A stretch of DNA of 38,914 nucleotides from Cirrosporium novae-zelandiae (lineage: Eukaryota): assembly GCA_026023565.1 (NCBI GenBank), contig JAPETS010000017.1:620001-658914 (forward strand), in the 5' to 3' direction. Positions 12,439-24,300 of this stretch are shown in pieces. Every line of letters starts with the position of its first letter. Positions within the stretch are counted from its first letter, which is position 1. The notes beneath the pieces are model-generated. The model ran no database searches, was not told where the DNA came from, and worked only from the letters and a program-made list of their open reading frames with translations. The translations under genes and the position numbers were made by a program.

Positions 12439-15400
12439 GATAAATACGCAAAACCTAAACGGGTGTGCGCCTGGTCGAAAGCTTGGTAGGACCCCGAATA
12501 TACCGCCAAAAGGCACGAGTACTGCGTAGCCCTTAAAGAAACGAGACAAAAACGCCGAATCTACAAAAAAACTAAAATAATATTCAAAAAATTTAGAAAA
12601 ATTAATTAAAACTAAAAAAAAAAAAAAATAAATTAATTTTTTTCAAATATATATAAAAAAAAACGATCTAAATAAATTTTTAAATCCCGGAAATATTTAA
12701 CGAAAATAAAAAATATTAAAATATTATAAATCCTAAAACCGAGATCCAATATTAATATTCCGTATAAAAAACAGGAGAATAACGATAAAAATCAAAAATA
12801 AAAAATTTTTTATATAAAAATAAATTTTCCCGTTATTATTAAAAAACCCCGAATTTTAATTTTTAATAAAAAAAATATTCGTTTAATAATTATTCCAAAA
12901 AATAATACGAAAAACGTTATATATATAAAATACGAATAAAATTTTAAAATATAATAATATTTAATTTAGAACGTTATATATATTATAATAATAAAATTTT
13001 AATAAAATAATAAAAATAATCTAATATTATTTTTAAATTAAAATATTATCCGATATAATAAAAATATATTTAAAAAATATTATTATTTAAATCCGGAAAA
13101 ATCGATAAAATATTAATTAAAAATTATAAAATAATAAATTTATTATATTATTTAAATAAAATAATCGAAAAAATTATAATTAATATATTAATAAATATAT
13201 ATAAAAATCTAAATAAATTATATAAAAATTAATTTAGATCGAAATATAACCAAAATATAATCTATATATTTATATATTTAATATATTAAATAAAAAAAAT
13301 TTAATTAAAAATAAATAATTTATATTTTATTTATAAATATTAAAATAATATTTAATTATATATTATAATTTAAATTAATATAATATTTAAAATAATTAAA
13401 AATTAATAAAAATATTATTAAATATATAATTAGTTTTATAATTTAATAAAATATCGAATTAATAAACGACGGAGAGATATAATCCTGAATTAATATAGAA
13501 ATAGGGGTACTGTAAAAATCGCCCGTATCCCTAATATTATTCCTGATATATTGCAGCGGGTTATTCGTAGCCGTAAAACAGGCGATTTTTAAAATCAAAG
13601 CTTTATTATTCGTGGATAATATAAGTTTCTCGATTATCTATATAAATAATAAATAAACCCGAAAAATTATTTAATAAATAATAAAAACGGCGGTTTAATA
13701 AAAAAAAATAAATTAAAATTTAATATTTGAAAAATTGAAATTATAATTTTTTTTAAATTATATAAATATTAAATTTAAATAAATATTAAATCGAAAATTA
13801 AAATTAATAATTATTTAATTAAATATATATATTACCGAAACGGATTATTTATAAAATTTACGTATTAAATAATTATAACAATTATAATATTAATTTATAT
13901 ATATGAATATAATATTTAATAAAAAAAATAAATCGATTATTAAATAGAATTTCAAAAATTATTAAATAAATTTATTAAATTAATAATAGGGATTTATAAA
14001 ATAATTTTAATAATAACGGTTATATAAAAAATCTATATATATTTTATAAATATAATATTAAATATTATATAAAAACATATAGATTTCGATATTTTTAATG
14101 AATTTAATATTATTAATAATATTTAAAATAAAAAATATAAATATTTAATTAAAAAAATAATTATTAAAAAATTAAAAAAAATATATTAAATTAATATTTA
14201 ATTATAATAATAATTTAAAAAATAATAAATTTAAATTTTAAAATCGAAAAAACGTAAATAATCGAAAAAAATAGATTTTTAAAAAAAATAATAATATTTT
14301 TAAAATAATAAATTTTTAACGAAATATTAATATAAAATTAAAAAAACGTATATTAATAAAACGAATTTCAATTAAAAAACCGTAAAATAAAAATAGAAAT
14401 AATTTAAAAAATAATCGAAAAACTTTTATAAATAATATTTCCGTATTATTTAAATTAAAATAAAAAAATATTCGATATAAAATTTTAAAAAATATAAACG
14501 GTTTTCAAAATAACGATTAAAATATATTTAAATAATTATAAAATTTTTAAAAAAAAAATAATATTATTATTTAATTCGTAAACGGCTATTAAATAAATCG
14601 AAAAAAAAAAATAAAAAAAAATTAAACGATTATATAAAAAATATATAAATATATTAAATATTTAATCAATTAAAAAACGAAAATCGTTATTAAATAAACT
14701 TTAAAATATTATAAAATATTAAAAAATAAAATAATAAATTAAATAATTAAAATAAATATAATATTAAAAAATAATAAAATAACGGAATAAATTTCGTTAA
14801 TTTATATAACCCGTAATATAATAAAAGAACGGATTATAAAAATGTATAATTAATTATATAATTAAAAAATAAAAAAATTATTCGATAAATTTTATCGAAT
14901 ATATTTAAAATATAAAAGAACTAAAATATTAAAATATATATTCAAAAAATTAATAAATAAATTCTATTAAATAAAAACGGAATGCGCCGTTATTAAAAAA
15001 TATATATATTATACGAAAATTATTATTATTCCGGAATATTAATAATATAGGATTTTATATTAAAATATATTTTATTTAATATTAATATATCCGCGTTAAA
15101 AAATATTTAAAATCTATTTATAAAAAATAATAAAAAAATAAAAGAATTAATAATCTAATATAATAAATAAATAAAAACTAGAATTTAGATTAAAAAACCG
15201 AAGATTTTCTAAAAATTAGATACGTTTTTTAAACGATACGGAAATAAAAAAACCCCAATATTAAATTAAATACGAAATAAAATATCGTGAGATATATCTG
15301 GATTAAAAATAGATAGAACCCGGATACGGAAAAAAAAACGATTTAAAAACAAATATTAAATAAAAATTGGGGGACCCGGACGAAATAGGTGTTGGGTAAG

Positions 15401-16055
15401 AGCGGGGTCCGTAATAGAAACGCGGGGTGAGCGCATGCGAGAGCAAGGACTGAAAAAAAAATCGAAAATAGGTGCGAGTGGGCCTATTTATAGGCTACGA
15501 ACACCGAAATAGCGCTAAAAGACTATCCGGTTAGATAAGTCAGGTGATTCTAGGAAACCCAAAGAGGGGGGGAAGCTATATAGCCGAACCAGGGGGGTGA
15601 CCCCCACCACCTTAGCTAAAAGTAAGCCCGAAAGGGGATACGAAAGGGTCTAAAAACCCCCGAGTAGAGTCCGTCATAGCTTCTAAGCGGTATATGGACA
15701 TAAAACAATGAATAATCATCATTATCAATAAAAATTGGGCCCGTAATAGAAACGCGGGATAAGCGTATATATAAATAAAAACTGAAAAAATCGAAAATAA
15801 ATACGAATAGGCCTATTTATAGGTTACGAACACCGAAATAACGCTAAAAAGCTATCCGGTTAAATAAATCAGATAATTCTAGAAAACCCAAAAAAAAAGG
15901 GAAATTATATAGCCGAATCAAGAAAATAATTTCCACTACCTTAATTAAAAGTAAGCCCGAAAAAAGATATTAAAAAATCTAAAAACCCCTGAATAAAATC
16001 CGTTATAGCTTCTAAACGATATATAAATATAAAACAATAAATAATCATCATTATC
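12439..16055 (+). mobile_element. 5'-truncated Tad1-like LINE inserted in Gypsy A gag, 14 bp TSD
   Basis: TSD atactaataaataa at 12425-12438 and 16056-16069, with the empty site at ~22248-22261. Starts with KYAKPKRVCAWSKAW*DPE (ORF2 WW motif), has the RT motif at ~13500-13620, and ends in the tail aataatcatcattatc. Confidence 0.92.
15372..15726 (+). mobile_element. 355 bp 5'-truncated LINE (variant subfamily, little RIP) inserted at the ORF2 stop of another LINE copy, 13 bp TSD
   Basis: TSD aataaaaattggg at 15359-15371 and 15727-15739. Has its own (ATC)n tail and is homologous to 15740-16055 and 30050-30402. Confidence 0.85.
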
Positions 16056-16069
16056 ATACTAATAAATAA

Positions 16070-17809
16070 TCGTAGAAATAATTCAAAAATTTCTTTTAAT
16101 TTAATAATAAAATTAAAATCTGAATTACGTAATAAAATTATACGAAAAAATTATAAAATAATAAATAAAAAATATATTATTACAATTGTTTAATAATTCG
16201 AAAAAATATTAAAAAAAAAATTATAATCTAAATTAATATTTTAAAAATATCGTATACGAAAAATAATCGCAGCGACCGGAAACCGACCCCGAAATCTAAA
16301 AAAAAAAAAATAATAAATTATTTTTATTATTTAAAAATAGCTGGAAATTTTTTTTTAAAAAAATATATATTATCGGATTCGTATATAAATAATATATTAA
16401 TTTTTAATAAATTAAACGAGAATTATACGATTTATATATAATAAATATTAGAATATTTAAAAAAATATAGATTATATATAAAATTATTTAAATAAAAATT
16501 TATTTTTTAGAATTCGTTATCGGAATATAAAACGTTTCGATAAAATTAAATAAAATAAAAATAATCCAGAATTAATTTAAATTAATAAATTATCGAAATA
16601 TTTAGATTTCTTTAAAATTTACGAATTTTTATAAAAAATTTATTTTTAATTATTTTAATATAATAATATTATTAACTAAATTATTAAAAAAAATATAAAA
16701 AAATCAAAAAATAGAATTATTTAAATAATTTAAAAAAATAAAATATATATTTGAAAAAATTAATTAAATATTTTACGATATTTTAATCTAGAATTATATA
16801 TTCGAATAAAAATAAATATTTCGGGATTTAAAATTATAATTATTTTATTTCAATTATTTATTTTATATAAAAAAAATATATAAAACGAATAATATCCGAT
16901 TATATTTTGATTTCGGCAATTAATTATCGTAGAATTAAATTATAATGTTTATAATATAAAATTAATAATAATTATAAAAATTTTTAAAAAATAAAAATAT
17001 TAATTTATAATAATAAAAAAATTAAATAAATAATAAATATATTAAATTAAAAATTTTATTATTTATAATTTTGAAATTATTTTCTAATAAAAAAAATTAA
17101 ATTTAATAAATAAATTATTTCGAAAACCGGATTATAATATTAAAAAATTAAAAAACGAATATTTATTTTTAATTTTATAATAAAAATTAAAATAAAAAAA
17201 AATTATATATAATATATAAAAAATATTAATAATCCGATAAAAAAATAATTATCGTAATTATAATAAAAAACCGAAAAATTAAAAAAATTAAAATTAAAAA
17301 ACTAATTATCAAAAATATTAAAATAAAAAATATAAATAATAATTTTTTTAGATTTATTACAAAAATTATAATTAATATAAATAATATATTTAAATATAAT
17401 AAAAAAACAGAAATAAATATTTCAAAATTTATAAAAAAACTAGTTATATAATCCGTGCGTAAACAATACGAGAAATATACGGAAAAATATCGTTTTATAA
17501 TAATAATATATTAGATACGTTTATTAATTATTTTATATTTTTATAGAACGGGAACGTTTAATATAAAAATAAAATTTAAGAATTATTTCTAAATAAATAA
17601 TTTTAAAAAAAAATCCTGAAAAATAAATAAAATATAAATAATACGAATTTAATATAATATAACGGCGCGGCGTATATTCTTTATAATCCCGTTATACGAA
17701 AAAAAATTATATAAATAAATTATAATAATTTCTATTAAAAAAATTATGTAAAATATAATAAAATAATAAAATTAATTAAATAATATTATTAATAATTATT
17801 ATTATTTAA

Positions 17810-17841
<32 letters not shown>

Positions 17842-18960
17842 TATTAATATATAAAAATTTTAAAATATACATTATACGGTTTACTTATTTTATTTCTAAA
17901 ACCGAAAAAATTATAAAAAAATATAAATATAGATTTTATTATTGAATTATTATTTACGAAACGCAGAAAAAAAATCTATAATATTATATTAATTATCGTA
18001 AACCGATATTCCAAAATATTTAAATATATTTTTTATATAATAGAAATAAATATAATTAATTTAATAAAAATTATATACGATTATATAATATTTAATTTTA
18101 GAATATTATAATTAATTATATCGGATCGAAAAAATCTATTTATTTCTATATAATAAATAATATTCTATTATTATATATATACGAAATATAAATTATTTAT
18201 AGTTTTTTATTTTTAAATAAATCTACAAATTGAAAAATAAAATCAAAATCTAGAAATATATTTAAAATATTATATAAATAAAAACCAAAATAATTAGATT
18301 AAATTATTCGTAAACGTATAATATACGTATAATAATAATATAAATATTGAAATAAAAATAATTTTATGTAATCGATATTATAAATTTAAATTAAATTTAC
18401 GTATAAATATCGAGAACGATATTCTTAGAAAAAAAATATTAATAACGAAAGAATTTACGGAATATTTATAACCCGAAAAAAATAAAAAATTCTAGGAACG
18501 CGTATAAAATACGGTAAAAAAATATTACGACCGAAAATATAAATAAAAATTATATAATATTAGAAATAAAATATTATTATTAATATAATATTTTTATTTA
18601 TATAAATAAAATAAAAAATTTAATGATAAATTTATAAATTTATTTAAAATAATTAATATTATAAAATAAAAAATATATAATTTATAATTATTATTTATAT
18701 ATAGCTATATTTATAGAATATTTTATATATTATTATTAGAATTATATTACCGAAAAAATAATAAATTTTTTCCGGGATCTATAAAAATAGAAAATGAAAA
18801 AAAATATATTATAAAACGCGTCCGTAAAGAAATACAAGAATTCCTGATAAAATAAAAAAAATAGAACCAAAAATAAAATAATTAGTAATTAAAAAATATA
18901 AAAAAAAAATAAATTCAAAAAGAATTACGGAAAATAAAATATATAATAGGAGCGGGATAT
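16070..18960 (+). pseudogene. pol: Gypsy A gag end/pol remnant (partial RT, RNase H, integrase, chromodomain)
   Basis: YINNILIF at 16382 is a RIP-mutated YxDDxLIF. An FLGFxNFYR-like region lies at ~16600. FYF*INLQIEK*NQNLEIYLKYY lies at ~18204 and EIQEFLIK*KK* (chromodomain LVKWKGW-like) at 18829. Confidence 0.8.
17811..17836. repeat. (TA)13 microsatellite
   Basis: Perfect TA dinucleotide run. Confidence 0.9.
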
Positions 18961-20391
18961 CCGTAAAAAAACCGTAATTATATAATAGAAATATAAAAAC
19001 CCGAAATATATTATTTATTTAAAATTATTTAATTTATTATTTTTATTATAATTATTGTTTTTTTTTAAATTAATTATTATTTTTATTATTTTTATTATTA
19101 TTATTTATATAAAATATATTAAAATTCTAATTTTTTTTTATTTATATTTTTTATAATTTTATTATTACGAAAAAAAATTTATTAAATAAAAATAAAAATA
19201 AAAATAATAAAAAAACCGCCGTAAGAATATATAAAGAATTATTAAATATTCTCAGTCTAATTTTATTTAGACCAAATAAAAAAAAGAAATTATATTATAA
19301 ATATTAGAAATATAAATATAATAAAAAAAAATAAAAAAACTAATAAAAATTATAAAAAAAATATATAATTATTTTAGAATATTTATTATTATTATTCTAA
19401 TTTTAAAAATATTTTATATATTAAAATTTAATATATAACTGTATTTAATAAATAATTTTAAAATTTTATTTATCGGATCTATTAAATACCGAATCGATTT
19501 TAATCGAAAATTTAGAACGGTATTTTTAAAAAAATAAAAATTTAAAAAAACGTTATTATTATAATAAATATATAGAAAATATAAAAATATTTATTAAAAT
19601 ATAAATATATTTTAATTATATATAATAATTATATTTCCGATAATCCAATTTAATTATATATATTAGATTTGATTTATTATTTTTATTATCCCGAATTATA
19701 TAATAAATATATTTTTAATATTAACGATATATTCGTTTACGGCTCGATTTAATAATACAATAAAAAAAATTAAAAAAATTATTAAAATAACGAAATAAAT
19801 CGTTATTTTTATTTTTCATAATAAAATTAATTTTTTTTTAAAAAATAGCTGGCGTTTTATTTACGACGGATCTACGAATAATAAAAAAATAGGGAACTAT
19901 TATTATAAAATAAAATATTAAAAAATAAATAATAATTAAAAATAAAAAAGAAAAAACGTAATTAAAAATTATAAATAAAATAAATATAAAATAAATAAAA
20001 AATAAAAAATTAAAAAAAATATAAAAAAAAATTATAAAAAAAACTTATTATTTAAATATAAATAAAATATATAATAATAATATTAATATTATAATATATT
20101 AAATTACGAAATTTATATTTTTCGTAATTTTTATTATTATTTAATTTATATTATTTATTAATATAATAATTTAATATTATTATTATTATTTTTTATTTTT
20201 ATTTTATTATTATAATTATATATTAATATAATATCTAAAGATTTATATATTATAGATTTTATTTAATAAATTATAAATTTAATTAGATATTTTTATACGT
20301 ATCGTAAAAAATAATTTATCGTATATACAATAATAAAAATAATTATTCTATATAAAGATTTAAAACTAAATTTTTTTGGAAAAAAAATAAT

Positions 20392-20644
20392 TATAATAAC
20401 GTATTAAATATATATATTTCGTAAATATATAAACGAGATTTAGCGCGTAATCAAATTTTTATATAAAAAAATATTATTTAATTTATTAAAATAACGTTCG
20501 ATTTTTATATTTATAAAAAAAATATTTCGAAAATTATTATTATTATTTACGTTTTATATACGAATAATACGTTATATCTATTAATTATATATTTTATTAT
20601 TTTATTAGTTTATTATACTACCTATACTAAACGCTATTTTTATA
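20392..20644 (+). repeat. Family A 3' LTR
   Basis: Preceded by PPT ggaaaaaaaaataat. Matches 873-1125. Confidence 0.88.
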
Positions 20645-20649
20645 AATAT

Positions 20650-21140
20650 CTAATTTAGAGTTTTAAATAATACGTTCCCGTTCCTATTTCTGTAATTATC
20701 GAGCGTGAACTCAGTGAATAAATCAAGCAAATACGGGAATTAATATATAATATATTTTAATTCTAAAATTATTATATTATTTATAAATCGTTATTTAATT
20801 AATAATTTCGGTTTAAAAAAATAATATATTTAATTAATTAAAATTATTAATATTAATTAATTTATAAATAATTTTATTTATATATAATTTTTTTTAATTA
20901 TCGGTGATCAAAAAATTATTATTTAAATATATATTTTAAATATTTTATATATATTTATTATATTTCTAAAATATGATTTTGCCGAAATATATAAAATAGA
21001 TATATTAATTTCCGTAAAACTAATTAAATTAGAAATATTTAACGTTAAAATTCTATTTAAATATAATTTATTTTAAAACGCCAAAATTTCGGTATATACG
21101 GCGAATTTATAGGAAAATATTTATTACTGCGAATATAAAT
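20650..21140 (+). pseudogene. RIP-degraded reading frame of unknown protein, 3' piece
   Basis: Reads LI*SFK*YVPVPISVIIERELSE*IKQIRELIYNIF*, in frame with 11101-11304 if a 5 bp TSD is removed. A further open stretch YDFAEIYKIDILISVKLIKLEIFNVKILF lies at ~20972. Confidence 0.4.
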
Positions 21141-21182
21141 TTTTTTTATTTAAAATTTTTTTTTTTTTAAAAAAGAAACATC

Positions 21183-21347
21183 TGTTACGGATACTGAATT
21201 ATATATATATAATTTTAGATTATATAACCCATTGTATATAAATCCTTGTTTTATATTTTAGATCTAGCTTCCTCAGTTATCGAATACCACACCAGTTATA
21301 CACCTAGATTGAGTTTTATAAAGCCCTATATTATAGGCGTCGTAATA
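21183..21347. repeat. Short LTR-like element (family B, 165 bp), probable solo LTR
   Basis: Inverted termini tgttacg...cgtaata (cgtaaca after reversing one C>T) and an internal TATA-like tatataaa. No other copy in the window. Confidence 0.6.
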
Positions 21348-24300
21348 GTATTATATTTATTAATTATATATTTTATTATTTTATTAATTTATTATATTAT
21401 TTATATTAAACGTTATTTTTATAATAATCGAATATAAATTTTATTAATAAAAAACTATTCGATAAAATAATAAAAAATAATTAAATATTATTAATAATTA
21501 TTTTTTATTTTTAAAAAAAATTATAAAATCGATTTTATTACGATTATATATCGTAACTAAAATTTAAACGATATTTTTACGTCGAAATAAAATATTAATC
21601 TGAATAATTAAATTGGAATAAATAAAATTATTAATTATATAATCAGAATTAATAATTATATAGAAAATTCGTATAAAAAAATAAATATATTAAAAATATT
21701 AAATATATTATTAATTTTAAATATAATATTTAAATAATTAAAATAATAATATAATAAAATATTAAAAATAAAATTTTTATAATATAATAACGTATCGATC
21801 GTAAAAATAATATTTAAAATATAAAAAATAAAAATATTATTAATACGTATAAATATTATTATTCTACCGATAATATATAAAATACGGTTTATTTAAATCC
21901 GTATAAATCTAAAATACCGCTAATATATAATAATAAAAATAAAAAAAAATTATATAATTATATATTAAATTAATAAATATATTTAAATATAACCCCGTAT
22001 TTAAATATTAATACGAAATATATAATATATATAGCTACGTTTTTTATTAAATTAATTTATAAAAAATAATATCGTCTTTTTAATAAAAATATAATTTAAA
22101 AAATATATTTATAAAAAATTTATAATATTATTAAAAACCTTATAAATCGTTAATAAAATATAATTTTAAAATATAATAAAATAAAATTATTTTTAAATCA
22201 GAATATTAAAAAATTGGTTTATTATTTTAAAAAAAATCGAAAAAAATATATTAATAAATAATCGTAAAAATAATTCAAAAAAGATTTTTAATTTAATAAT
22301 AAAATTAAAATCTGAATTAAAATCTGAATTATATAATAAAATTATACGAAAAAACTATAAAATAATAAATAAAAAATATATTATTATAATTATTTAATAA
22401 TTCAAAAAAATATTAAAAAAAAATTATAATCTAAATTAATATTTTAAAGATATTATATATAAAAAATAATCGTAATAACTGAAAACCGATTCTAAAATTT
22501 TTAAAAAAAAATTAATATTAAAAAATTAAAAAATTTAGAAAAATATTATAATAATTTCTATAATATTTAATAAAAACTTTAAAAAAATTAAATATATTTA
22601 AATAATAATTATTACTGTTATTTTATATTTTAAATAAAAAATATATAAAATAATAATATTAATTAATATTAGAATTCAAAAAAATTTTATTTTTGAAAAA
22701 TTCTTTTATTATAAACAAAAAAAATTAAAATTTATATAATTAATAAATATATTATTCTAATTTATAATTAATATTTTATTTATATTTATAGTATAAATAT
22801 ATAGAATTTAAATAAAAAATATTAATTGATTTTTTTAATTATTTATTGATAAAAACGAAAAAGATAATATTATTTAAAATTGATATTAATTATATTAATA
22901 ATTATAGATTTTATAAAAATTATTATTAAAAAAATAAAAAAATAATTAAAATATTAAATTTTAATATATATTATATATATATATTTTATTTCGGATATAT
23001 AATATATACAAAAAACGTATAATAATTATTTTAATATAAAATTATATATAATCGAAATAATTAATATAATTTTTTTTTTAAAATATTTAGAATTTTAAAA
23101 TATATTTATAAAAAATTCTAAAAAGATTATTAAATATTATATATATCGCGTATATAAATAATATATTAATTTTTAATAAATTAAATAAAAATTATATAAT
23201 TTATATATAATAAATATTAAAATATCTAAAAAAATATAAATTATATATAAAATTATTTAAATATAAATTTTTTTAAATAAAAATTTATTTTTTAGAATTC
23301 GTTATCGGAATATAAAACGTTTCGATAAAATTAAATAAAATAAAAATAATCCAGAATTAATCTAAATTAATAAATTATCGAGACATTCAAGTTTTCTAGG
23401 ATTTACGAATTTTTATAGAAAGTTTATTTTTAAATATTTTAATATAATAATACCACTGATTAAATTATTAAAAAAAATATAGAAAAATAAAAAAATAAAA
23501 TTATTTAAATAATTTAAAAAAATAGAGTATATATTTAAAAAATTATATATAATATATAAAAAATATCGATAATTTAATAAAAAAAAATAATTATTATAAT
23601 TATAATAAAAAACCGAAAAATTAAAAAAATCAAAATTAAAAAACTAAATATCAAAAATATTAAAATAAAAAATATAAATAATAATATTTTTAAATTTATT
23701 ATAAAAATTACAAATAATATAAATAATATATTTAAATATAATAAAAAAATAAAAATAAATATTTCAAAATTTATAAAAAAATTAATTATATAGTCTATTC
23801 GTAAATACGTATAAGAAATATATAAAAAAATATCGCTTTATATTAATAATATATTTATTAATTATTTTATATTTTTATAAAACGGGGACGCCTAATATAG
23901 AAATAAAATCTAAGAATTATTTCTAAATAAATAATTCTAAAAAAAAATCCTAAAACATAAATAAAATATAAATAATACGAATTTAATATAATATAATAAT
24001 ATAATAAATATTTTTTGTAATTTTATAATATAAATAAATTATAATAATTTTTAACAGAAAAATTATTTAAAATATAATAAAATAATAGAATTACTTAAAT
24101 AATATTATTAATAATTATTATTATTTGATGATGATGATTATTCATTGTTTTATATCCATATATTATTTAGAAACTATAACGGACTCTATTTAGGGGCTTT
24201 TAGGCCTTTTTATATCCTTTTTCGGGCTTATTTTTAATTATAGTGGTGGGGGTTACCCCTTTAATTCGGTTATATAGTTTCCTTTTTTTTTTGGGTTTCC

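Larger units (their letters stand above)
11305..20644 (+). mobile_element. Ty3/Gypsy chromovirus family A, two LTRs, internally deleted, with a nested LINE at 12439-16055
   Basis: LTRs at 11305-11554 and 20392-20644. Contains a gag remnant, RT YxDD remnant (16382-16405), integrase HPQTDGQTE remnant (~18204-18240) and chromodomain remnant (~18829-18900). Flanks aaaat and aatat are only a 4/5 TSD match. Confidence 0.88.

Noticed and set aside
12287..12529. 80 aa plus-strand ORF as a gene
   Set aside because: Chimera of the gag frame and out-of-frame LINE sequence across the 12438/12439 junction, with a non-ATG start.
15372..16055. Direct repeats read as LTRs or a CRISPR-like array
   Set aside because: They are LINE 3' UTRs with (ATC)n tails and a TSD. 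There are no TG...CA termini and no repeat-spacer periodicity.
11300..20649. Perfect 5 bp TSD for Gypsy A
   Set aside because: aaaat vs aatat differ by a transversion, so it is reported only as a near-match.
21246..21437. 63 aa ORF with a hydrophobic tail
   Set aside because: Spans two LTR fragments; the hydrophobicity comes from AT-rich codons.
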